64,000 nucleotides of DNA from an uncultured Bacillales bacterium (GTDB taxonomy: Bacteria; Bacillota_I; Bacilli_A; RFN20; CAG-826): NCBI GenBank assembly GCA_905197045.1, contig CAJJXG010000006.1, positions 9,555 through 73,554 on the forward strand, written 5' to 3'. This document shows positions 45,193 through 53,841 of the stretch, piece by piece; position 1 is the first letter of the stretch, and every line of letters starts with the position of its first letter. The notes below the pieces were generated by a model. It had not been told where the DNA came from and did not search any database. It was given only the letters and a program-made list of their open reading frames with translations. Both the position numbers and the translations under genes were made by a program.

Positions 45193-45261
45193 TTTCAGTG
45201 TTTTGAAATGTTTTGTTTCAGTGTTTTGAAAGGTTTTAATTCAGTGTTTTGAAAATTATTA
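45193..45261. repeat. three further tandem copies of the same 23-bp repeat, distal cluster
   Basis: TTTCAGTGTTTTGAAATGTTTTG / TTTCAGTGTTTTGAAAGGTTTTA / ATTCAGTGTTTTGAAAATTATTA. Separated from the proximal cluster by ~120 bp of unique AT-rich DNA. Confidence 0.9.
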
Positions 45262-45427
45262 TTTCTAGATCTTAAATTAGACTAAACCGCTTTTAATTAG
45301 TATCATTTATAAATGTTCATTTTAATTATGGCTATAATCTTCTGATTCTATTTCTCATTATTTTTCTATAAAAATTTACAATTCATTCTTTTACAAGAGA
45401 GAAGGTAATTTATAAAATAATAAAGAT

Positions 45428-47515
45428 ATGGAAAAAGCAGCAAAAAGAAAAAGAATTATTATTAAATTAAATGAATCTAATTACGTTGAAAGAGATATTT
45501 CATGGTGTTATTTTAACTACCGTATTTTAAAAGAAGCTCAAAATAATAATGTCCCACTTTATGAAAGACTTTCATTTTTAGGAATATATTCAAGCAACCT
45601 CGACGAGTTTTATAAAGTTAGAGTTGCTACCTTAAAACGTATTGCAGAAAACACTTCAAAAGACTTTAAAAAAGAGAAAAACCTTGCAAAATCCACTTTA
45701 AAAAAGATTTATTCTCTTGTTTCTGACTACTCAAAAGAATATAACGAAGCAAGTAAAAAAGTCTTTGAAGAACTTAAAAATAAGGATGTTATCTTGCTTG
45801 ATGATTTAACAGTTAATGAAGAGCAAAAAGAATATTTAAGAAGTTATTTTGTTAAAAATATTTCTTTAGATATCAATCCTCTAATTCTTTCTAAAAAAGC
45901 TGATTTTTCTAGCGTCAACGATACACACATCTATTTAGCGATTAAAATGAGTGAGCCACTTAACAATAAGGAAGACAAAAATTGCTATGCTCTTATCGCT
46001 CTTCCTACTTCTCATTGTGGACGTTTTATTGCTCTACCTAGTAAAGACAATAAACACTACTATATCTATCTTGATGATGTTGTTCGTTTAAATCTTGATT
46101 ATATTTTTAAAAACTTACCATATCTAAAATTTGAAGCTTACGCTTTTAAATTTTCAAAAGATGCTGAAATGGAAATTGAATCAGATCCTGAAGAAGGCGT
46201 CTTAAAAAGTATTTCTTTAGCTGTTAAAGAAAGAAAAAAAGGTATCCCAGTCCGTGTAGTTTTTGGTGAAGGAATGCCAAAAGATCTTCAAGAAAAATTA
46301 ATTAAAAAACTTGAAATTGATGATACTGACATTATTACAAAAGGTGGAAAATATCATAACAATAAAGATTTAATGAAATTTCCACGTTTAAACATTGCCG
46401 GTTTATCATATCCAGAATGGCCTCAATCTTTTGAAAAAGCTTTTAAGGTCACTCCTTCTTTAATAGATATAATTTCCAAAAAAGATATTTTAGTTCATGT
46501 TCCTTATGAATCTTTTAATGCCTTCATTAATGTTTTACAAGAAGCCGCAATTTCACCAAATGTAAATGAAATTAAAGCCTCAATTTATCGAGCAGCAAAA
46601 GATAGTAAAGTCATTCAAGCTTTAATTAACGCTTCTAAAAATGGCAAAAAAGTAACCTGTATGGTTGAACTTTTAGCTCGCTTTGATGAATCAAGTAACA
46701 TTTTAATCTCACAAACTTTAAAAGATGCTGGTGTTGATGTTTTAACAGGTAAAGAAGGCTTTAAGGTTCATGGAAAAATTGTTTATATAAGAGTTAAAAA
46801 TGGAAAAGATATTGCAATTATTTCAACAGGCAACTTCCATGAAGGAAACGCTAAAACCTATACTGATTGTCTACTTTTCACTTCTAACCCTAAAATTGTT
46901 AATGAAGTTAAAGAAATTTTTAGTTATATCGCAAATCCTTATGAAAAGCATAATTTTAAAAACTTGCTCGTTTCCCCTTTACACATGCAATCTGTTTTTG
47001 AACGCTTAATAAAAAATGAAATTAAAAATCATAATGCTGGCTTACCAAGTGGTATTAAAATCAAAATTAATCATATTACTGATAAAGCCATGGTTAAATT
47101 GCTTTATGAAGCCAGTAGTAAAGGCGTAAAAGTTGATTTACTTATAAGAGGTAATTCTTCTCTTGTCCCTAATCTTCCTGTAGTTAGCGAAAATATATCA
47201 ATTCACGCTATAATTGATCGTTATCTTGAACATTCTCGTATTTTTGTTTTTGAAAACGCTGGAAATCCACTCGTTTATATGGGTTCAGCCGATTGGATGC
47301 CACGTAATTTATATAACCGTATTGAAGTTATTACTCCTGTTTATGATGAAGACATCAAAAAAGAACTTATTATGATTGTAAATAGAGGTTTAAAAGATAA
47401 TGTAAAAGGCGTTATTGCTAATGGCAAAGATGAATATGAAAGATATATTAATGATGATAAGCCTTTCCGCTCTCAAGAAGAGTTGTATAATTATTACAGC
47501 AAAACAAATAAATGA
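45428..47515 (+). CDS. ppk: polyphosphate kinase 1
   Basis: 695 aa. The N-terminus ERDISWCYFNYRILKEAQNNNVPLYERLSFLGIYSSNLDEFYKVRV is typical of PPK1. Two PLD-like HKD-type domains are present (HGKIVYIR..., HSRIFVFE...GSADWMPRNLYNRIEV). Confidence 0.95.
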   Translation: MEKAAKRKRIIIKLNESNYVERDISWCYFNYRILKEAQNNNVPLYERLSFLGIYSSNLDEFYKVRVATLKRIAENTSKDFKKEKNLAKSTLKKIYSLVSDYSKEYNEASKKVFEELKNKDVILLDDLTVNEEQKEYLRSYFVKNISLDINPLILSKKADFSSVNDTHIYLAIKMSEPLNNKEDKNCYALIALPTSHCGRFIALPSKDNKHYYIYLDDVVRLNLDYIFKNLPYLKFEAYAFKFSKDAEMEIESDPEEGVLKSISLAVKERKKGIPVRVVFGEGMPKDLQEKLIKKLEIDDTDIITKGGKYHNNKDLMKFPRLNIAGLSYPEWPQSFEKAFKVTPSLIDIISKKDILVHVPYESFNAFINVLQEAAISPNVNEIKASIYRAAKDSKVIQALINASKNGKKVTCMVELLARFDESSNILISQTLKDAGVDVLTGKEGFKVHGKIVYIRVKNGKDIAIISTGNFHEGNAKTYTDCLLFTSNPKIVNEVKEIFSYIANPYEKHNFKNLLVSPLHMQSVFERLIKNEIKNHNAGLPSGIKIKINHITDKAMVKLLYEASSKGVKVDLLIRGNSSLVPNLPVVSENISIHAIIDRYLEHSRIFVFENAGNPLVYMGSADWMPRNLYNRIEVITPVYDEDIKKELIMIVNRGLKDNVKGVIANGKDEYERYINDDKPFRSQEELYNYYSKTNK

Positions 47516-47525
47516 GGTTTAATAA

Positions 47526-48431
47526 ATGAAGAGTGGTTATTATGCTGGTATTGATATTGGTACAAATGGAGCTCGTCTTGTAATTAAAGACGCTTTTTAT
47601 AATGAAAATCGTGAACTTGAGGCGGTTGAAGTTAATAAAGTTCGTGTTCCTTTAAGACTTGGAGTCGATGTTTATTCTATCGGCGAACTTTCAGAAAGAA
47701 AAATTCATCAACTTTCATTATGTATTTCTTCTTTTAGAGATTTAATGAATATATATGATGTTGTTTCTTATTCTTGTCTTGCAACAAGCGCTATGAGAGA
47801 AGCAAAAAATGGTACTGAAGTAATTGAAAGAATTAGAAAAGAAACTGGCGTTCAAATTTCTATAATTGATGGAGAAACCGAAGCAAAAACAATCTCTAAA
47901 ATCGCTAAAGATTTTAAACTTGACGATGATAAATATGTTTTTATTGATGTTGGAGGAGGCTCAACCGAAGTTACTTTAGTTTCTAAAGGAAAAGCCATTG
48001 AAAGCACTTCTTTCGAACTTGGTACTCTTAGAATTTTAGCTCACAAAGATAAAAAAGAAACTTGGGGACGCTATGAAGATCTTCTTGATTCATATCATGA
48101 TAAATATGGGGCTTTAGATATTGTCGGAACTGGCGGAAATATTAACCGCTATTGGAAAATGAGCAAGAAAAAATCAAACAAAAAAGATTTAAACTATTTA
48201 ACAGTTGATGATCTTAACTCTTTATATAATGAATTAAGTAAATACACTCCTTCTCAAAGAATGGCTAGATATGATATGAAGCCTGATCGAGCTGACGTTA
48301 TAATTCCAGCCGGAAACATCTTTAAAAAAGCTAGCGAGATTTTAAAATCAAAAATAATTTATGTACCAATGATTGGTTTAAGTGATTCAATTGTTGATAC
48401 TTTAATTGAAAATTATATTAACGTAATTTAA
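47526..48431 (+). CDS. ppx: exopolyphosphatase, Ppx/GppA family (short, two-domain form)
   Basis: 301 aa. ASKHA phosphate-1 motif GIDIGTNGARLVI and phosphate-2 motif IDVGGGSTEV. Lies directly downstream of ppk. Confidence 0.85.
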   Translation: MKSGYYAGIDIGTNGARLVIKDAFYNENRELEAVEVNKVRVPLRLGVDVYSIGELSERKIHQLSLCISSFRDLMNIYDVVSYSCLATSAMREAKNGTEVIERIRKETGVQISIIDGETEAKTISKIAKDFKLDDDKYVFIDVGGGSTEVTLVSKGKAIESTSFELGTLRILAHKDKKETWGRYEDLLDSYHDKYGALDIVGTGGNINRYWKMSKKKSNKKDLNYLTVDDLNSLYNELSKYTPSQRMARYDMKPDRADVIIPAGNIFKKASEILKSKIIYVPMIGLSDSIVDTLIENYINVI

Positions 48432-48455
48432 TAAGATTTAAGTAAAAATTAACCC

Positions 48456-48488
48456 AAAAAATATCTAACGATTATGTTAGATATTTTT
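48456..48488. terminator. bidirectional rho-independent terminator (ppx on + strand, large operon on - strand)
   Basis: Stem ATATCTAAC / GTTAGATAT (~48461-48469 / 48476-48484) with a 6-nt loop, flanked by AAAAA on the left and TTTTT on the right. Confidence 0.8.
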
Positions 48489-48520
48489 TGATTTTTATTT
48501 AAAAAGCCTGCAAAACTTAA

Positions 48521-48976
48521 CTATTTGGCCAAAAATAAGTATTTTTCAAGAAATAAATCTAAATTAACAAAATCACTTTCGTTTGGTCTATTTTTATTAA
48601 CGCCACCAAAAAGTTTTAAAGGACCAAATGTTGTAAAACCTTTAGTGTGATATACTCCAATTATTTTATTATTAAATCTCAATAACTCTTTTTTAATGCT
48701 ACTTGCAAAACTTGCTTTATCAAGGCAAGAAGTAAAAATTAAAAAGACTTTTTTGTTATTGATATTTCTTTTACTTATCAAAGAAATAATATCTTTATGG
48801 AATTCAAAGCCATAAATTCCACTAGCAAGTCCAATATAATCGTATTTAGATAAATCTAAGTTATTATCTATCTCGTCTACATTTAAAAGTTCAAAATTAT
48901 ACTTATCTTTTAAATGTTTTATTAATCGATAAGTATTTTGATGATGATATGATTTATAAATTATTAACGTTTTCAT
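48521..48976 (-). CDS. flavodoxin-like fold protein
   Basis: 151 aa. MKTLIIYKSYHHQNTYRLIK...IGLASGIYGF resembles the short flavodoxin-family (Flavodoxin_4/5) layout. It is the last gene of the operon and overlaps the upstream gene by 23 nt. Confidence 0.6.
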   Translation of the reverse strand: MKTLIIYKSYHHQNTYRLIKHLKDKYNFELLNVDEIDNNLDLSKYDYIGLASGIYGFEFHKDIISLISKRNINNKKVFLIFTSCLDKASFASSIKKELLRFNNKIIGVYHTKGFTTFGPLKLFGGVNKNRPNESDFVNLDLFLEKYLFLAK

Positions 48977-51494
48977 AATTTTTTAAATAATCCAGAGATG
49001 GTGCTTCATTAAACCACTTAGCTTTTGAGGAGTCTAATCCATAGAATTTATAGTTATTAAATCCAATTACGTTAAATGATGCTCTTAGCATTGCTACTTT
49101 CATAGTTTCATATTTTGCTTTTGGATCACGATTAAAATCATTACTATGATAAGCTTTTAAATCAAGAGAATAAGTAAATGGATCAACTTCAAGAAGAGGC
49201 GTTAAATACGATTTTAACTCTTCATTTAATACTAATTCGCTTTCATTATAACCTCCTCCTTCAATATAAAAAGGAAGATTAATCTTATTGTCTTTAAGTA
49301 ATGAATTTGAATAATTATCTAAAAGAAGTTTTTTAAGAGGTAAATAATCTTCTTCAGTTATATTAACTTCAAAATCACTTCCTAATCCACCATGAGAAAC
49401 AATTAAGGTTTCAATATCTTGACCAACTAAAGATTCATAAGTTAATTGATTTACGTCTTTCCAATCATAAAAATTAACGCCTTCTCCTATTTCAACTTTA
49501 GTTGGGAAAGAAGTTAATGCCATCTTTTCTGGATAAGCATCAGACATATAAACTCCAAGTAACATTTTAAAGACACTGGTAATGTTTGTTTCTAAAAAAC
49601 TACCTTGAGGGAGAGTATCAAGAGAAATTGCGCTTATTCCACTACTTGCAAAATTTGTATGACCAATTTTTGTTGTACCAGCATAAACTTTATTGTTATT
49701 TTCATCTACAAAACCATTTCGATTAGTTAAAGCATTAATCAAGGTATCTTTAAAGGTTATATATTCTTCTTTAGTATAATTTGGTCCGCTGATATTTAAA
49801 AATTCACCGGCTTGAGTATTCAAAATCGCTGAAAAAGTAAGCATTGAATCAGCTTTATAAGTTTTTTGAGAATAATTAGAAGTAATTGGCTCTAGATAAG
49901 AAGATTTAGTTGAAGAAAGACGTTGACCATTTTCTCCACTATATTCAACTCTTTCATCATAATTTACATGATTAAATTCATTGCTTCCGCTTCTAAAAAG
50001 AAATTCCATCGCATTTTGAATAAGTGAATTTTCAATTAAAAGATTTTTAGATGAATAACTTCTAATAACATTTTTACCATTTTCAATAATAGAATTTTTA
50101 ATAGTTACATTGTCAGCATTAATATCTAGAGTTGAACCAACGTATTCTAAATTTGATAAGTTATTTCCAAAATCACAATTTTTAAAATGAACATCATTAA
50201 TAGTGACATTATCTGAATCAATATAAACTCCACTATTATCTTGTCCATATAAAGTAAACATTGGTAAAGTATCACTCATTGAATAATTTGGATTACCAAG
50301 TGTTACAAAAGGAAGTGGACCTCGATATAAATCGTCTTTTTCTAAATAAGGAACGAGGTAAGTTTCTCCATCGATTGTGACATTTTGTCTTCCACTAGGA
50401 TATGTAAGTTCATGTAAATTAATCGTAAAACCGTTCCCATAAAAATCATCTTGAATATGAAGTCCGGCATAACGCATGATACTAGTTTTTTCTTCTCCTT
50501 CATGCTCGCCTTTATCAATTTCAGCATTCCACTTGTTTAAAAAATCATGATTATATGTTGTTTCAAAAGTGTATAAATCATCTTTAAAATCACTTATTTC
50601 ATTATTTTCATCAATTCGACCAAATAAAGCTGTATTTTTACTTTTAGCTCCTATGATATTGCCATCTTCATCAAAATTATAAGTATTTGCATAAGATTCT
50701 AAGTTTGTTCTTAAAACAATTTTATAAGGTTTATTTGCTTTGTTAGTTAAAGAAATTAAACCATCATAACTATAAGCGTTAACTCCTTCAACTAAAGTAA
50801 AATTAAAACTTGCTCCTCCAGTTGAACTATATGGATGAATGAAATTAATATAAGCTTCTCCACTTCCTAAAAATGAAGCTGTTTTACTTGTTTTATCAAA
50901 ACTTACATTACTTGAAGTTTCAATATTAATTCCATCAAGAGTTAAATTAGTTCCAATTATATCAATATTAAATTCAAGTTTAGCATCAGAGTTAACTCTT
51001 CCTTCACTTCTTGAATCGTAAGCTTCTTTAGAATCATATAAGCCCACATAATTTCTATTTTCAATATGACTTTGAGAAAAAGGAATAATTGGATTAACAA
51101 TAATTCCTCCACTATCACCAAAAATTTTGGCAGTAAATGAAGCAGGAGAGGTTGATCCTTTAACAGTTGAACAAGTAATTATCGATTCACCTTCTTTTTT
51201 AGGAACAAGATAATAATCTTCTCCTTCTTTTAAAATCTCCGCAACACTTTCATCACTACTTGACCAAACAAGTAAATTGCCTTCACTTAAAGGATAATTT
51301 TTATCATAAATTGCTTCTGCTTTTAATAATTGCTTTCCATCGCGTAAAAGAAAGCCAACTTCACCATCATATGGTAAAAGAATGCTAGTGATATTTACTT
51401 CAACCGAACGAATTACATAACTTGCTGTAACAAAAGCAAGAATTGCAATTACAAAAGGTAAAAGTAATAAAAAGAGAAAGGCTTTCTTTTTCAT
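48954..51494 (-). CDS. large secreted/anchored protein: Big_2-like domain plus right-handed parallel beta-helix repeats
   Basis: 846 aa. N-terminal signal/anchor MKKKAFLFLLLLPFVIAILAFVTASYVIRS. An Ig-like segment (LVWSSSDESVAEILKEGEDYYLVPKKEGESIITCS). PbH1-like repeats (NVTINDVHFKNCDFG..., DNVTIKNSIIENGKNVIRSYSSKNLLIENSLIQNA). Confidence 0.75.
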   Translation of the reverse strand: MKKKAFLFLLLLPFVIAILAFVTASYVIRSVEVNITSILLPYDGEVGFLLRDGKQLLKAEAIYDKNYPLSEGNLLVWSSSDESVAEILKEGEDYYLVPKKEGESIITCSTVKGSTSPASFTAKIFGDSGGIIVNPIIPFSQSHIENRNYVGLYDSKEAYDSRSEGRVNSDAKLEFNIDIIGTNLTLDGINIETSSNVSFDKTSKTASFLGSGEAYINFIHPYSSTGGASFNFTLVEGVNAYSYDGLISLTNKANKPYKIVLRTNLESYANTYNFDEDGNIIGAKSKNTALFGRIDENNEISDFKDDLYTFETTYNHDFLNKWNAEIDKGEHEGEEKTSIMRYAGLHIQDDFYGNGFTINLHELTYPSGRQNVTIDGETYLVPYLEKDDLYRGPLPFVTLGNPNYSMSDTLPMFTLYGQDNSGVYIDSDNVTINDVHFKNCDFGNNLSNLEYVGSTLDINADNVTIKNSIIENGKNVIRSYSSKNLLIENSLIQNAMEFLFRSGSNEFNHVNYDERVEYSGENGQRLSSTKSSYLEPITSNYSQKTYKADSMLTFSAILNTQAGEFLNISGPNYTKEEYITFKDTLINALTNRNGFVDENNNKVYAGTTKIGHTNFASSGISAISLDTLPQGSFLETNITSVFKMLLGVYMSDAYPEKMALTSFPTKVEIGEGVNFYDWKDVNQLTYESLVGQDIETLIVSHGGLGSDFEVNITEEDYLPLKKLLLDNYSNSLLKDNKINLPFYIEGGGYNESELVLNEELKSYLTPLLEVDPFTYSLDLKAYHSNDFNRDPKAKYETMKVAMLRASFNVIGFNNYKFYGLDSSKAKWFNEAPSLDYLKNYENVNNL

Positions 51495-53101
51495 CTGGCT
51501 TCTCCTTCATATTTCATAAAAAGTTTAGTAACGCGTGATTTAATTTTGATAATGAAAAATGAAATAACAATAAGTTCTAAAACAATTATTGATAAAAAGA
51601 AAATTACTGTTTCTAAATAAGCTTCAACAAGTAGAGATAAAAGAGCGCCTAAACTAACAGCAAAAAGAGGAAAAACAAAACTTATTAAAACGGTTAATAA
51701 ACTTGATTTATTCTTGCTTTTTAAATCGCTATATAAAGCAATAATGTTAAGTAAAATAATTGATAGCCCTCCTACTAAAATTAAAAAGGCAAAATCAATT
51801 AAACTTATTTCATTAAAAATAACTAAAGCAAGTATGGAAATAAAAAAGGAAATAAAAGATAAAATAGTTGGAACAGATATCTTGATTAAAAGTTGTTTAA
51901 AATAACTTACAGGCAAAGTTTTCATAATAATTAAAGTATTCTTCTCTTTAATTAAAGACATTGAACTAGTGGTATTAATAATAGCAATAAAAAGCATTAT
52001 TAAAATTACATCAACTGTTAAAAATATTGATGGAAAAAGAGTTGATATGTAATTTAAATTCCCTGTTCCAAATATTAAATTCACTGCAGAAATCACACTA
52101 AATACTAAAAATGGTTCTAAAATAATTAAAGATATATAAGAAAAAATTCCATCACTATTACTTAAAGCAAGATTAAATTCTTTTCTAATTAAAGCTCCTT
52201 CAATTGAAGATAATCTAATTGAAAAGATCTTATGTTTTTTTCTACTTATAAAATCATTAGCCCCTTGATAATAATTTAATAAATACTTATTAAAAGTAAA
52301 TAAAGCGATAACAAAAGAAAAGATAATAAAGCTTATAAATATTACAAAGTTAAGATTAACCTCATTTACTTTTGATAGTTCAATTATATTTTTAATTGGG
52401 TAAAGAAAACTAGAAACAGTTTTCATCACTTCAACATTATCAACTGTAAATAAAGAACCTATATCATCGTTTCTAATTAAACTAACAAATAAATTTAAAA
52501 CTCCGCCATATAGTAAAGCTAGAAGAATTAAAAAGATCATCATGACAATAAAAGAGATAATTCGATAGCGTGATACAATCTTTCTAATTTCTCTAAAAGG
52601 AATTACTAGTAAAAAAGCAAATGTTTCAATTAAAACTCCTACTCCTAAAAAAGTAAAAAACATTAAAACAAAGAAAACAAAATCTGTTTCGCTTTTAATG
52701 CCATATGCCATCATTAAAGGAAACATAGTTGAAAAAACAAAAAGTAAAGATTTAAAAAAGATATTTAAGGCTTTAGCAAAAATAATATCAAAAGAACTTG
52801 CTGGAGATGTTCCTAAAATGATTCTTTCTTTTTGGTTTTTAAAGAAAGCATTATAAGTAATTGGAACAAGCGAAAATATACCAACAATAAATAAAGCAAA
52901 CTCAATAATAATAAATAAAGCATCATTAAAATCAGTATAGACATTAACCTTATCAAAAATATTGATATATAAAAGCACTTCTAGAGTTATAAAAAGAGCA
53001 AGTAAAACAAGAGAAGATAATAAAGTAAAAATCTTCTTCATTCCTTTTTTTGCTAAAAAGGAACTCTCTTTAAATTCTTTTAAAAATAAACGAGCAATCA
53101 T
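51491..53101 (-). CDS. polytopic membrane protein, putative ABC exporter permease partner
   Basis: 536 aa with ~12-14 TM helices and no recognisable soluble domain. 4-nt overlaps with the ABC ATPase gene upstream and the beta-helix protein gene downstream. Confidence 0.6.
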   Translation of the reverse strand: MIARLFLKEFKESSFLAKKGMKKIFTLLSSLVLLALFITLEVLLYINIFDKVNVYTDFNDALFIIIEFALFIVGIFSLVPITYNAFFKNQKERIILGTSPASSFDIIFAKALNIFFKSLLFVFSTMFPLMMAYGIKSETDFVFFVLMFFTFLGVGVLIETFAFLLVIPFREIRKIVSRYRIISFIVMMIFLILLALLYGGVLNLFVSLIRNDDIGSLFTVDNVEVMKTVSSFLYPIKNIIELSKVNEVNLNFVIFISFIIFSFVIALFTFNKYLLNYYQGANDFISRKKHKIFSIRLSSIEGALIRKEFNLALSNSDGIFSYISLIILEPFLVFSVISAVNLIFGTGNLNYISTLFPSIFLTVDVILIMLFIAIINTTSSMSLIKEKNTLIIMKTLPVSYFKQLLIKISVPTILSFISFFISILALVIFNEISLIDFAFLILVGGLSIILLNIIALYSDLKSKNKSSLLTVLISFVFPLFAVSLGALLSLLVEAYLETVIFFLSIIVLELIVISFFIIKIKSRVTKLFMKYEGEAR

Positions 53102-53841
53102 TCTTCCTTCTCTTGATATAGTTTTAAGAATATCTTTTCAATACGATTTCTTAAACTTGGTTCATGTTTTAAATCATATACCTCATATATTCTTCCATCT
53201 TTAATAATCGCCACTCGATCACAAAGTTTAGAAATAAGGTCAATATTATGACTTGCTACAAAACAAGTATTACCATGTTTTACATAATCTTTCATAAGTA
53301 AAGAAAGTTCATTAGCACTCATTGCATCAAGTCCAACTGTTGGTTCATCCAAAATCCAAATTCTTGGGTTATGAATTAAAGAAGCAATTAAGCATACTTT
53401 TTGTTTCATACCATGAGAATATTCTCTAATCTCACGATATAAATCTTCTTCATTAAATTCAAACTTCTTTAATAGATAAGTTAAATTTTTAAAGAAGATT
53501 TGCGGATTTATTTGATAAATTGATGATACAAATTGAAGATATTGAATACCACTCATATCTTCATAGCATGTTGGCTCACTTGCTACATAACCAATTATCT
53601 TTTTAACTTCAATTGGCTTATCTTTAATATCTAATCCTTCAACAAATATTTCTCCACTATCAAAAAGTTTTGAACCTAAAATACATTCAATGGTTGTTGA
53701 TTTACCAACACCATTTTTACCAATAAAACCAAAAAGTTCTCCTTCATAAATCTCTAGATTAATATCAAAAAGAACCTGCTTCTTATTGTAGCTTTTATTA
53801 AGATTAACAAGTTTTATAGAGGAATTTAATGTTTCTGACAT
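53098..53841 (-). CDS. ABC transporter ATP-binding protein (ABC-2/drug-exporter type)
   Basis: The track ORF starts at a TTG (53856). The ATG at 53841 has GGAGG 9 nt upstream and overlaps the upstream TAA by 1 nt. Walker A GKNGVGKST, signature YSHGMKQK, Walker B WILDEPTVGLD, H-loop ASHN. Confidence 0.9.
   Translation of the reverse strand: MSETLNSSIKLVNLNKSYNKKQVLFDINLEIYEGELFGFIGKNGVGKSTTIECILGSKLFDSGEIFVEGLDIKDKPIEVKKIIGYVASEPTCYEDMSGIQYLQFVSSIYQINPQIFFKNLTYLLKKFEFNEEDLYREIREYSHGMKQKVCLIASLIHNPRIWILDEPTVGLDAMSANELSLLMKDYVKHGNTCFVASHNIDLISKLCDRVAIIKDGRIYEVYDLKHEPSLRNRIEKIFLKLYQEKEE

Noticed and set aside
37708-45384. TTTACAAT/ATTGTAAA words near the two-component system, the ABC promoter and ppk (~37709, ~40135, ~40238, ~40296, ~45375), considered as possible response-regulator (Pho-box-like) sites.
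   Set aside because: This is an AT-rich 8-mer, and by rough composition more than ten chance occurrences are expected in this window. Orientations and spacings are inconsistent and do not fit the 11-bp Pho-box periodicity.
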